IMG/VR virus record: IMGVR_UViG_3300024239_000013
Span: 62,001 to 126,000 of that record
Reading direction: 5' to 3' (one strand)
Length of the DNA stretch: 64,000 nucleotides
The notes under the pieces were generated by a model, which was not told the DNA's origin, searched no databases, and was given only the letters and a program-made list of their open reading frames with translations. Position numbers and translations under genes: made by a program. Below are positions 53,924 to 64,000 of this stretch, piece after piece; position 1 is the stretch's first letter; the number at the start of each line of letters is the position of its first letter.

Positions 53924-54291
53924 TTAAATTAATTTTAATGCTTCTTGTAAACCAATCTCGTAGGATTCTTCATAATTATTTTTTTCTACACTTTGATACC
54001 CTTTTACAATTGGTTTGTCAAAACAAGGTGTTAATATATATTTTTTAATTCCATTGGAAAAAGCTCTCTGAACTAAATATCAATTTCATGTTCTTCTCTC
54101 AGCCATTTAGCAAGTAGTGATTGAGTTGCCCTTTCGTACCATTCTTTACAAGTATCAACCATAGCACCACCTATCCCTAAATTTTCTATACTACCATCAT
54201 CTCTAAACTTTCCTTTTGTTTTTCTTGATTGTGGAAATCCTTTTTCTTTAGCAAGTTTTGCTGTTTCAGATGTTATTCTTGTATCTACCAT
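53924..54291 (-). pseudogene. family C paralogue with 1-nt frameshift near 54075
   Basis: After EEHEIDI the alternative frame reads LVQRAF...YEESYEIGLQEALKLI*. Confidence 0.8.
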
Positions 54292-54423
54292 ATCGTTTTT
54301 ATTATGAAGCAAATCTATAAAATTATTACGAGGATAAAAAATAACAATAAAAAAAATAGATGTTCTTTATGTGTGATAATTTTTTGGATTCATATTTAGT
54401 CACATTGATCCTTGCATAACCTT

Positions 54424-54792
54424 CTATTTTCGTTTGACAATTTCAATTAATTTCTTTAAACATTCAAGTTCTGCTTCTTCGTATGTACCATTATAGTTCA
54501 TAGGTTCAGTTCCAAGTTGTCTATTTCCTTTATTATCAAAAACTTGATAAGAAAACTCTTGTGTTCCAATCTCAATTAAACCACATAATTTATACTTTTC
54601 TCTAAAGAATCTAAATGCTTGTGAGAATGTTGGGCAGTTAATTGTATTATACAACATTGAACCTCTTGGTGAAGATTTACTTCCTTTAACGTGAATGTAA
54701 CCTATTTGGTCTATACTACCAAAACAAGTCTCATCAAATCCTAATTCTTTAAGTTCTAATGCCAAATTATAAGGTACAAATTCTTTTTCCAT
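54424..54792 (-). CDS. family A paralogue
   Basis: Constant blocks; last about 60 nt identical to 53608-53922. Confidence 0.85.
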   Translation of the reverse strand: MEKEFVPYNLALELKELGFDETCFGSIDQIGYIHVKGSKSSPRGSMLYNTINCPTFSQAFRFFREKYKLCGLIEIGTQEFSYQVFDNKGNRQLGTEPMNYNGTYEEAELECLKKLIEIVKRK

Positions 54793-54990
54793 TTATTTCT
54801 TTTTAAATTTATCACATCTTTTAATCCAGTGTGGGTCATAATTACTAGGAAAAAAGAAAGACCATTGATTCCATGTAGCATCTAATTTTTTATTTCTTCC
54901 TTTAAAATCTTCTTTTTGCCATTCAGCATTACATTTTGAATGAGCGTCTCCTATAATTTTTTCTCTAAATTTACAATTTATACAATTCAT
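54793..54990 (-). CDS. small Cys-rich protein
   Basis: CINC..GDAHSKC..FP.NYDP.W..C. Confidence 0.55.
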   Translation of the reverse strand: MNCINCKFREKIIGDAHSKCNAEWQKEDFKGRNKKLDATWNQWSFFFPSNYDPHWIKRCDKFKKK

Positions 54991-54993
54991 GAT

Positions 54994-55857
54994 TCATTTA
55001 TTTTTAAATTGTTCAAACCATTGTTGTTCTGTTAAATTAGAGTCTAATCCATATGTTTCAGAATAACTAATATTTTGTTCTCCTTGTCTAAATGCTTCCC
55101 TTAAATCTTCCTCACTATATAAGTTTTCATCTTGTTTTTGTTGCCATTTAGCACCAGTTATAAATGAACCGTAGTTGTCTCCTGCGGTATTATCGTTATT
55201 TGACCACTTATTACCATTGATTTCAAATACCCATTTTTTAGCAGCTTCTTCTAGTGCTTCTTGTTTAGACTCTAACTCATGAGAATATTTTTCTAAACCT
55301 TGTTGCTCGTATTCTTGAACTGTTTGTTTAGGCTCTTTTTTTCTCATAGGACAATGTATTGAATGACAATTTTTAAAATTAGAGGTTCTACATTTTGGAC
55401 AATTGATAGGTTCTTCTTTTGATATTTCGGTATCTTCTTTTGGAATGATTATTTCATAGTCGTAAGTATCCCCAACTTCATGAAAATATTTTTCAACTTC
55501 AACCTCCTCACAATTTGGATTCTCAACAAACCACTCTAAAAACTCATCATCAATTTCTTGAACACCATCTTTGATTAAGTCTTGGTCTGTTGTTAAAATG
55601 ATTTTTTTAGGTTTATTATTACTTCTTAAAGCCATTGTGTTTTGCCAAAACCAAACTCTACCGTTATTATAAACCCAAACATCATTTTCAAAACCTGTTA
55701 TTTCTTCATCAGAAGTGATATAAATATTAACATATTCTTTAAATGAGTCATTTACTTCAACATCTAATTTTAATGTGAAAGTTTCTCTATTAACATCATT
55801 GTAAATTTTAACTAATCTACTCGGTTTATTTGTTGGTAAGATGTATAAGTTTTTCAT
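54994..55857 (-). CDS. family B paralogue
   Basis: Constant blocks; CPKC..CHSIHC insert. Confidence 0.85.
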   Translation of the reverse strand: MKNLYILPTNKPSRLVKIYNDVNRETFTLKLDVEVNDSFKEYVNIYITSDEEITGFENDVWVYNNGRVWFWQNTMALRSNNKPKKIILTTDQDLIKDGVQEIDDEFLEWFVENPNCEEVEVEKYFHEVGDTYDYEIIIPKEDTEISKEEPINCPKCRTSNFKNCHSIHCPMRKKEPKQTVQEYEQQGLEKYSHELESKQEALEEAAKKWVFEINGNKWSNNDNTAGDNYGSFITGAKWQQKQDENLYSEEDLREAFRQGEQNISYSETYGLDSNLTEQQWFEQFKNK

Positions 55858-55994
55858 TGTTGTTTTAATTTTCTATAACAAATATATAACAATTATTTTT
55901 TATTCAACGGGATATTTTATAAAAATTTAATACTACTACAAAATCATCATTTACTTTTAATCTTTTGAAATTGTTCAATCATTTTAATATGTTT

Positions 55995-56654
55995 TTATAG
56001 GTTTTTTTCAACCCATTTATCCCATTCAAAAAAGACACTATGCAAAGAATCCGATTTCCAGCCATTTTCACAATATTCCTTTACTTTATTAGCAAATTCA
56101 ATAACCTCTTCCCTACTCCAGCTATCTTTTGCTATCTTAATTGTAATAGTATTGTCTTGTGGATTTATTTTTAATATAGATTTAACCTTATCATAACCAT
56201 ATGCATCTAGTTCATCCACATATTCTTTACCCTCAAATTTATTTTCACATTCAACTAATACATCGGTAATAATGTTCCCACGATTATATTCTTCAATATA
56301 TTTTTGAATAAATTGTTGTGATGGTTGAGGTAATTCTAAAGAAGAGTCAGTCGAAGCAATTACTTTTTTAGCTACATTTTTAAATTCCTTAGTAATAGCC
56401 TCTAATCTTTTTGAATCACATTTATGTAATCCATAATAAGAAGATTTCATAGATGTACCTAAATACCAGTCATTTTCTTTAATTTCATCATCTGAAATAA
56501 TATAAAGATGATGCCCAATATAATCTTCATGTTCCATTAAATATTTAGTTTTAATAGCAATTATTTTATCTTGTCCTGTTATATCTTTACAAATCATTCC
56601 ATCTGTTTTTTGATTAGTTGGTAGCATTACCACATTCGCATTAATAAAGCTCAT
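55995..56654 (-). CDS. distant family B relative
   Basis: MLPT / HLYIISDDEIKENDW / KVIASTD / WSREEV. Confidence 0.65.
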   Translation of the reverse strand: MSFINANVVMLPTNQKTDGMICKDITGQDKIIAIKTKYLMEHEDYIGHHLYIISDDEIKENDWYLGTSMKSSYYGLHKCDSKRLEAITKEFKNVAKKVIASTDSSLELPQPSQQFIQKYIEEYNRGNIITDVLVECENKFEGKEYVDELDAYGYDKVKSILKINPQDNTITIKIAKDSWSREEVIEFANKVKEYCENGWKSDSLHSVFFEWDKWVEKNL

Positions 56655-56693
56655 TTTTTTTATTTTTTTTAAGTTCTGTAAAATTATTATTTT

Positions 56694-57104
56694 TTAAATT
56701 AATTTTAATGCTTCTTGTAATCCAATCTCATAGGCTTCTTCATAAGTTTTAAAATGCAGTGTGAAGTATGCTAATCTTTCAAAAGGTTTTCCGACAGGAT
56801 TGTCTTTATTTGGAATATAAATTTCGAATCCAAAATCTCCTGCAATTTTTTGTATTGGGTATACTCTTATACTATATTCTTCTCTCAACCATTTAGCAAG
56901 TAGTGATTGTGTTGGGGCAGAAACAAATTCTATATCAGATGTATTTTCTCCTCTTATATACTTTCTTATCCTCCAATCTGATACATCTCCTTTAAATTCT
57001 CCCTTGTAATTATAATAAGGAATTTCAAGTCTGTTAGTTTCTTGGAAAAATCCTTTTTCTTTAGCAAGTTTTGCGGTTTCAAATGTTACTCTTGTATCTT
57101 CCAT
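56694..57104 (-). CDS. family C paralogue
   Basis: MEDTRVTFETAKLAKEKGF / APTQSLLAKWLRE / TYEEAYEIGLQEALKLI. Confidence 0.85.
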   Translation of the reverse strand: MEDTRVTFETAKLAKEKGFFQETNRLEIPYYNYKGEFKGDVSDWRIRKYIRGENTSDIEFVSAPTQSLLAKWLREEYSIRVYPIQKIAGDFGFEIYIPNKDNPVGKPFERLAYFTLHFKTYEEAYEIGLQEALKLI

Positions 57105-57128
57105 ATTTTTTTGTTTAGTAAGCAAAAG

Positions 57129-57563
57129 TTATTTTATATTTTGTTTTTTAACAATTTCTATTAATTTTCTGATACAAGCAAGTTCTGCCTCCTCGTAAGA
57201 GTTATAAATTATTCCACTTTGCATTTCAGATAAAAAGTCTTGCCTTATGTTTTCAGAAATATTTTTAATCTCATAAGCATAATCTATTTTATTAATTGGT
57301 AAAACTATACAAGAGTGTAATTTATACTTCTCTCTAAACCATCTAAATGCTTGCTGATATAGTGGTGCGGATATAGGTTCATTTTCAAATCCTTCTAATT
57401 GACTATTTAGAAGTAAATGAGGACAATGTGATAGAGGATTACCTTCATTTACAGTATCATAACAAAATAAACTTATTTCATCAAAGCCTAATTCTTTGAG
57501 TTCTAATGCTAATTCGTAAGGACAGAAAAGACTTTCCATTCCTTGTTTTTTTACTTCTTCCAT
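57129..57563 (-). CDS. family A paralogue
   Basis: Constant blocks. Confidence 0.85.
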   Translation of the reverse strand: MEEVKKQGMESLFCPYELALELKELGFDEISLFCYDTVNEGNPLSHCPHLLLNSQLEGFENEPISAPLYQQAFRWFREKYKLHSCIVLPINKIDYAYEIKNISENIRQDFLSEMQSGIIYNSYEEAELACIRKLIEIVKKQNIK

Positions 57564-58424
57564 TTATTTCTTTTTAGATAATAAAAAATCTTCTTTTGCA
57601 TCTACTCTAAATGAACTAGCATATTTATGAAATAATAAATCAATAATTTTTAAAACCTCTTCTTCACTATACATTCTTTCTTGTTGACATTTGACTAATT
57701 CTATTGCTCGTTTGATGACTATAGGTTTTGTTATATCTCCAAAACCGTCAAATATTCTTTCAGCAGCTTCTTCAAGTGTTTCTTGTTTGGGTTTTAAATT
57801 TTGTAACTCAATAATACTTCTAGTACCAAAGCCTATTTGTTTTAGTTTACTTTGTTCTATATTAAGTGCTTCTTCTAAAGTTAGATTAAATTGTTTTAAA
57901 GAGTTCTCTAATCTTACTGATATTACTTGTTTCTTTTCTTCTTTTGGAATGATTATTTTAAATAGTATGTGAGTTCTATAATTACCATGACAGGTTTTAT
58001 ATTTAGGATTGTTTTTGTCTTCATTACAATTACTACATACGTAATTATATTTAACATCAACCTTTTCACAACTTGGATTCTTAACAAACCATTCTAAGAA
58101 CTCATCATCAATTTCTTGAACACCATCTTTGATTAAGTCTGGGTGTGTTGTTAGGATTACTTTTTTATACTTATAATCAGTACCTGTTGATATATTCAAG
58201 ACTTGTTCCTCATTACATTTAAATAATTCAGTAATTTTTTCATTATTAGGTGTAAATTCGATACACCAATCTCCCTTTTTAATTATTTCATCAGAAGTAA
58301 TGTAGATGTGTTGAGATGTATTGAATGGTAATACATTTTTTGATAATTCTAACTTACCTTGAAGTAAATTATTTTTCCATAATCTACTTGGTTTATCTGT
58401 TGGTAATATATGTATATTTTTCAT
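57564..58424 (-). CDS. family B paralogue
   Basis: Constant blocks. Confidence 0.85.
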   Translation of the reverse strand: MKNIHILPTDKPSRLWKNNLLQGKLELSKNVLPFNTSQHIYITSDEIIKKGDWCIEFTPNNEKITELFKCNEEQVLNISTGTDYKYKKVILTTHPDLIKDGVQEIDDEFLEWFVKNPSCEKVDVKYNYVCSNCNEDKNNPKYKTCHGNYRTHILFKIIIPKEEKKQVISVRLENSLKQFNLTLEEALNIEQSKLKQIGFGTRSIIELQNLKPKQETLEEAAERIFDGFGDITKPIVIKRAIELVKCQQERMYSEEEVLKIIDLLFHKYASSFRVDAKEDFLLSKKK

Positions 58425-58816
58425 AGTTTTTCTTCTTTAACAATTTCTATTAATTTTTTTAAACACTCATGTTCTGCTTCTTCGTAAGAATAGTAAGGAC
58501 TTGAATAAAAATCTTTTTTAATGTAATCATCTATTCCAAAATAGAACCCTTTATTTTCTCTTTGTTGATACAATGACTTAATATGAGACTCTATATTATA
58601 TTTCTCTCTAAAAAATCTAAATGCTTGAGAAAATGTTGGTGCTCCACATAAATCTTCCCATTCACTATTTTTTGCTAAATAAGGAAAATCTTTTAATATG
58701 TGCCTTTCAATATAATCTAAATCTCCATTTGGTTCATAATAACCAAAACAAGGTTCATCAAAACCTAAGTCTTTAAGTTCTAATGCCAAATTATAAGGTA
58801 TAAATTCTTTTTCCAT
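58421..58816 (-). CDS. family A paralogue, first gene after promoter 58838
   Basis: MEKEFIPYNLALELKDLGFDEPCFG... Confidence 0.85.
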   Translation of the reverse strand: MEKEFIPYNLALELKDLGFDEPCFGYYEPNGDLDYIERHILKDFPYLAKNSEWEDLCGAPTFSQAFRFFREKYNIESHIKSLYQQRENKGFYFGIDDYIKKDFYSSPYYSYEEAEHECLKKLIEIVKEEKL

Positions 58817-58879
58817 AATGTCCATCTTATTAAAGGACAAATTTATAAAAATGTTACGAATAAAAAAAATATCAGAAAT

Positions 58880-59447
58880 CTATAAGTTTCCTGATATTAA
58901 TCTTTTAGCATTAGAAATAATTTCTTCTATTTCATAAGCCCCTTCAAAGGTTCCTGTGCTAAGTACACATACACATTTTCCATTTTTATCTAATATTCTA
59001 GGAGGTGATTTACCATCCCATTCAAATGTCCATGGGGTTTCTAGTGAATCTTTAATATTAGCAATAGAAATTCTTCTTTGAGCTTCAGCATTATGCTCTT
59101 CTGGAGTCATTTGTTTCTTTTTAGCCATTCCTTTATTATTTGAATGCAAAAATAATAAAAGATAACGAGATAAAAAAAATAATCTATAATAATATGTTTT
59201 TAATACACATGACCAAGCAATCCTCAATTGTTTTTATATTTTCTGTGCAGTAATCGCCACCAAATCCCCCATGAACAGCATGCATTCCTCTTTCATCTGT
59301 TACAGAAACATAAAAATCGTCTATTCTTTGTTTCTCTATAATTATTTGATGGTTTTTGTAGTAGCATTCAAGAGAATTTTCACTTTGATGTGTTATCATT
59401 TTATCTCTTATTATTCTGGTCTTACCTTCAACTAAAACTTTTATCAT
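58880..59447 (-). other. two small hypothetical CDS (58880-about 59128, 59184-59447)
   Basis: ORF track. Confidence 0.5.
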
Positions 59448-59473
59448 AATAATAATTTTTTATTTTATTTCGA

Positions 59474-60268
59474 CTATCCCGTTACTGATTTATTACTTAT
59501 TAGAGAATTGTAACCATTTTTAATGGAGTCATATTTTAGAATATATTCTGATTCTATTCTAAAAACTTCTTTATCTGGAGTATCTGGTGGTAATTCATCC
59601 AGAACTTCGAATGTCCATTCGCTTAATTTCGTTTCCCTTAGATATAAACCAAATGGGCTTGACGAGTGTGTTAAATGGTTCCACCATCTAAAAAATGGAG
59701 CATTTCTTGTTTTCCCTATGTAGCTTTTACCTGTTGATTTTTCTGTACATTTATAGATGTAATTAGGAGATCCTTCATTTATATAATTGATATCATCCTC
59801 TAGTTCTGCATTTTTATAATACTCAATTTTCCAATTTTCGTAGCAATCCGGGGTCTCTATAATATCGTTACCAGTTCTATAGTCGCTTCCACAAAAAACC
59901 TTTCCGGGAAAAATTCTACTCACTAGAGGTCTGCTTTCATATCTATTCTTATGAACATTTCCGCAATAATCACATTTCCATTCTCCTTTTTTTATATCAT
60001 TTATTTCATATTGATATAATGGAAATATAACAACATAAAAAAATTGTGCTTGATCCTTGGTCTCTCTTTCATAGACCTTGTTATTAGGAAAGAATTGTGG
60101 ATATTTTTCTAATAATATCGATTTTACTTCAGTTTTATCCTTGGCCTCTATAAGAGGCTCTCTTAGAACCTCGACTGTGTCAAATCCACTATAAGAATCA
60201 GTAGCTATAGATTTAACGACCCTTATAATTGCTTTATAGTAATTAGTTTCATTTTCTATCATATTCAA
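59474..60268 (-). CDS. GIY-YIG nuclease domain protein
   Basis: YIYKCT...SYIGKT..RWWNH...ESEYI...GYN. Confidence 0.75.
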   Translation of the reverse strand: MNMIENETNYYKAIIRVVKSIATDSYSGFDTVEVLREPLIEAKDKTEVKSILLEKYPQFFPNNKVYERETKDQAQFFYVVIFPLYQYEINDIKKGEWKCDYCGNVHKNRYESRPLVSRIFPGKVFCGSDYRTGNDIIETPDCYENWKIEYYKNAELEDDINYINEGSPNYIYKCTEKSTGKSYIGKTRNAPFFRWWNHLTHSSSPFGLYLRETKLSEWTFEVLDELPPDTPDKEVFRIESEYILKYDSIKNGYNSLISNKSVTG

Positions 60269-60281
60269 TCAACCCTTTTAT

Positions 60282-61742
60282 CTAATATAAAAAATTTCCA
60301 TCTGGCCCTTTCGGCAATCTTCTCCAGTGAGTGTATGCTAGACCAGAAGGTTCACTTCCTGAAACCCCACCAGTACTCATCCAACATTTCCTTTCCGGAG
60401 ACCACCATGCTGTATCGATAACCCATCCACAGTCATAAGTATCTATAGAAGCAAGAACCACCTCGTGACCGGGTTTTTTCTTTTCAAAATCAAACCAAAC
60501 TTCATTCTCGTCGGTTTCCGGATCTTTTTCTAATTGGTATTGTAAAGCGAATTCAATCTTCGGTTCTTCTTTCTTTCCAAAGAATCTTTTAATAAGTTTT
60601 TTAATTTTCATATTTCCATTTAATTACTTTAATCATCAAACAGCATCCAGAAAGGGAACATCTCCATTCTAAGCAGTTATCATTTTTACAATCGCATCTA
60701 AAACAACAATATGAATTCCCATCTTCGTCTTTTGCTATTACGTCCACACCTTTTTCAGGAAGTTGGTCTGATATAGATATAAAATTCTCTTCTTGTTGTC
60801 TATAATATTCCGACTCTTGGTTAGTTGCACCTATTATTCTTTTTATAATTGATGGATTTGCTTTTTTATTGTCCCAATCTAAAATAGCGTCCGCTTTTTT
60901 AGTGAGTTTTTTTAGAATTCTTAATTTAGATCCCCCAGCTTTCATATTAATTTTTTTTTAATCTTTCTTCGATGTATTCGGCTATATCTATAATCGATCT
61001 TGAATCTATCCAATTATAATCAACACCGTTTAGAGTTACTGAAAAATCCCCATCACTCCAGTCCCATACAACACTATCAAAAGAAGTAATTTTTATGGTT
61101 TGGTTATTTAGATCCTCCACAATCTCATCGAATATTTTTATTCTTTTTTTAGTTTTAAGTTCCATTTTTTTACCAAAATAGACCACGTTCTCGTGGTTAG
61201 CACATCTCAATGTTAGTGATAGATCAGAGTAATCCTCAATCCTATTATAATTGTCCAGTATATAGATTTTAGCACATTCTAAAACAGATCTTAACTCTGA
61301 TGATAATTTATAGTAATTACCATAAAAATTCCCGTCTTTATATTTATTAGATTCTCTTATTACATCTAATATATTTTCTTCATTTTTAGATAGATCAACT
61401 AACATATTTTTTTTATTTTATTGATTTAATCTTAATCTTTTTATCCTGGTATCCAATCGGTTTCCGTGATTCTTAATCTTTATATGAACCTATGTGTATA
61501 TGATACCATCTACAAAATGTTTTGTTGGTTTCCTTTAGTGCTTTTAGCCCGTTTATAGTATAATTTCCTTCTATTGCTTTTTTTAAAACTGTCTGCCTCC
61601 AGGGTAAACCTATACTTATATAAAGTTTAAAAAATTGAATGCCTAAATGATTAGCACCTCTAGATTTCCAAAATTTTTTATACCAATCTCTTTTTCTTAT
61701 GGATATCCAAAAAACCCATGGAAATTTTATTTTTTCTGTCAT
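60282..61742 (-). other. four hypothetical CDS (60282-60611 and 60601-60945 DUF551-like; 60947-61405; 61473-61742)
   Basis: ORF track; THWRRLP and VIKWKY endings. Confidence 0.55.
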
Positions 61743-61768
61743 ATTTATATCTATTTAATTAAATTAAT

Positions 61769-63217
61769 TTAAAACCTTTTCAGAACATACATCTTTCTAC
61801 TTGCTCTTGTGTATGCAGTGTATTTTATTCTATTTCTCTCTATTATGTCTAGATTCATATCAATATCATCCTCGAGAACAAAAGTTGTGTTATATGTGCT
61901 TCCTTGTGATTTATGTGCTGTTATAGCATATGCATAATTAACATCTGCATAAGACCTTAGAAAATTGTAATAATCTAACCAGGATCTATCTTTACCTTTC
62001 TTTCTTATTGCTCTAAGTTTTAATATATTTGCAATCTTCTGGAATTCGATTTCACTGTCTTCGTGAAGTATTTTAATGGTTTCTTCTTTATGCTCATCAG
62101 AATCGTCTAAATATTCAACAACAGTTTTATAATACTTCAATTCAATCTCTAACGGTTCTGCGTCTGGATGGTCGTCAATGACAAATCTTCTGGATTCGGT
62201 TTTTGTTTCATATTTAATCACCGAGAATTCATCGTTTGTGTTGAATACGATCTCCCTTTCTTCAATAATCGGATTATTAGCTATTAGTTTTTCCCCCTTT
62301 AATATCTTAGATTTCTCTGACAATTCACCATATATAGCTTTTCTGATTATTCCATTCATTGTTGACACTGTCTTATTCCTCCAAGCTATCACCTTAGAAT
62401 ATTCAGAATCATTCGCAAATTTATCAGTTACGAAATACTCTTTTAACTTTTCAGAAAATCCCCTTCTTACCTCCGGAGAATTGAGATTTAAAAACTCAAC
62501 ACCCTCCCCATTTGAATTTACCTTAGAAATATTATCTATACTAAGTTTATTTGAATGTAATTCTTTTCTTATTATTACAGACGAATCTATTATTGCATTA
62601 CCTTCTTTCTGTCTCATTATCTGATTAAGCTGAAGGGTCTTGATTCTATAGTGGTCCGCTAATTCTTCTCTGAAAGGTATACAGTCCGGCTTACCTACTG
62701 GTGGTATCTGAGCAGGATCTCCCATGCATATAATTTTAATCTTATCCCTGTATTTTAATATCTCGTGAAATAAATCGTCATTTAGCATAGAAACCTCGTC
62801 GATGATAAGTAGTCTAACTGTTTTTATCTGAGGCTTAAAGTCCCCTTGATTTACGAATTCTTGTTTGCCATCATTTGTTATTTTTTCAGTCAACCCAAGC
62901 AACTTATGTATTGTTTGAAATGTTACTCTACTATTTCTTAATCCGCTAGTTTTCTTAATAACTCTAACAGATTTATTTGTAGGTCCAGTAACTGCTATTT
63001 TAAACCAATTATGTTTAGGATGTATCACTTCAAGAGCATATCTAACCAGTAAACTCACACAGTAAGTTTTACCGGTTCCTGCCCAACCTTTAAGAACATA
63101 AACACTATCGTCGGATTTATCATATATGAAATCCCTTAATTCTTCAAAAGCTTTCTTTTGATCTGAATTAAGGGTTTCTAGATTTATTATTGGTTTTTTG
63201 CTTTTAAATTTAGACAT
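61769..63217 (-). CDS. dda: Dda/RecD-like SF1B DNA helicase
   Basis: GWAGTGKT, IIDEVSM, GDPAQIPPV, RQ, YAITAHKSQGSTY, YTAYTRA. Confidence 0.88.
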   Translation of the reverse strand: MSKFKSKKPIINLETLNSDQKKAFEELRDFIYDKSDDSVYVLKGWAGTGKTYCVSLLVRYALEVIHPKHNWFKIAVTGPTNKSVRVIKKTSGLRNSRVTFQTIHKLLGLTEKITNDGKQEFVNQGDFKPQIKTVRLLIIDEVSMLNDDLFHEILKYRDKIKIICMGDPAQIPPVGKPDCIPFREELADHYRIKTLQLNQIMRQKEGNAIIDSSVIIRKELHSNKLSIDNISKVNSNGEGVEFLNLNSPEVRRGFSEKLKEYFVTDKFANDSEYSKVIAWRNKTVSTMNGIIRKAIYGELSEKSKILKGEKLIANNPIIEEREIVFNTNDEFSVIKYETKTESRRFVIDDHPDAEPLEIELKYYKTVVEYLDDSDEHKEETIKILHEDSEIEFQKIANILKLRAIRKKGKDRSWLDYYNFLRSYADVNYAYAITAHKSQGSTYNTTFVLEDDIDMNLDIIERNRIKYTAYTRASRKMYVLKRF

Positions 63218-63267
63218 CGCCTTTTATTTTTTTAAGTTATTTAGATGGACTGGATAACTTTTATTCA

Positions 63268-63876
63268 CTAGGGGCAGTATAATATAACCATATTATCTTT
63301 ATGTACATCTATATTTGGGTAAACCTCTCTAAATTTTTTAAGGTTGAAAGGTCTACATATCACATGAATCCCATTTTTTGTAGGGATCGTATGAACACTA
63401 TCATCTCTTCCTGTTTCGAAAATTAATTTCTGAACAAATTCAATAATTTCATTAATTCTCATATCATGGTCGCCTTCCAGATCCTTATAGTCTATATCTA
63501 CTATCCACTTTTTATCTGGATCTGAATGATGCTCCCCTGTAGAGGATGCATACGCGTTTTTTACGGCTTTGTAATTTCCTGAAGTGATATGATCCACAAT
63601 TTTCTTTAAAGTCTGCATAGCCACCTTATTTGCGTCTCTAACATTAAGTCTGAAGTATGCCCTAGCATTATGTTGGTTACATGTGGCTATGATATCAGAT
63701 TTCATACCATCAAATTGTTCCAGACTATAGATATAGTGATCTGATATATGGACCATATCCTTATTTAGATCCGGATTGTCTTTTCTTCTTTTAAGTATCT
63801 GAAGGAAGTAGAATGAATTCTCATTATCAAATTTTAAAAGATTTCTTATTGTATCAAAGTTGTTTACGATTTTCAT
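63268..63876 (-). CDS. conserved phage protein, possible AEP/primase-like fold
   Basis: WIVDID and TKNGIHVI resemble AEP motifs I and II. Confidence 0.4.
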   Translation of the reverse strand: MKIVNNFDTIRNLLKFDNENSFYFLQILKRRKDNPDLNKDMVHISDHYIYSLEQFDGMKSDIIATCNQHNARAYFRLNVRDANKVAMQTLKKIVDHITSGNYKAVKNAYASSTGEHHSDPDKKWIVDIDYKDLEGDHDMRINEIIEFVQKLIFETGRDDSVHTIPTKNGIHVICRPFNLKKFREVYPNIDVHKDNMVILYCP

Positions 63877-64000
63877 GATTTTAACATATCTAATTTTTTA
63901 TTCCATTTTTATCTAAATTATTCAAGAACCTCTGTTTCTATCACATCCCATCTTTCAAAAGTTCCAAATTCATATGGCGGATCTTGATCGATATACTGAT

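Larger units (their letters stand above)
53118..54486. repeat. duplicated promoter unit (53118-53256 plus 53599-53670 versus 54283-54486)
   Basis: Near-identical intergenic DNA; the second copy lacks gene 53230-53601. Confidence 0.85.

Noticed and set aside
3556-62624. Plus-strand ORFs inside minus-strand genes (e.g. 3556, 7901, 13121, 18798, 50197, 57691, 62178) and nested alternative-frame ORFs
   Set aside because: Antisense or shadow frames of well-supported genes, with no motifs

Overview
AT-rich, gene-dense segment of a large (jumbo-type) dsDNA phage, almost all on the minus strand, standard code. Ten promoters with the Bacteroidota -7 box (TAnnTTTG) point to a Bacteroidota host. 1-28.7 kb: host-takeover and RNA/tRNA-repair genes (SPFH protein, CCA enzyme, Thg1, YqeY, SmpB, macrodomain, ClpP, GMP reductase/IMPDH, kinase, phosphoesterase, two RNA ligases). 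One ligase is a fractured gene: a naturally split intein with a free-standing endonuclease between the halves. 28.9-42 kb: accessory tract in which 11 gene junctions carry the same hairpin (AAAACTTCCCACTT-loop-AAGTGG) about 8-11 nt before an ATG, with filled and empty versions of one site and attC-like remnants. 43-59 kb: array of about 23 paralogues from three families, built from nucleotide-conserved constant blocks and unrelated variable segments, with visible traces of segment exchange. The window ends with a GIY-YIG protein and a Dda-like helicase. I saw no tRNA, rRNA, CRISPR array, integrase or reverse transcriptase. All calls come from motif recognition by eye; no searches were run.
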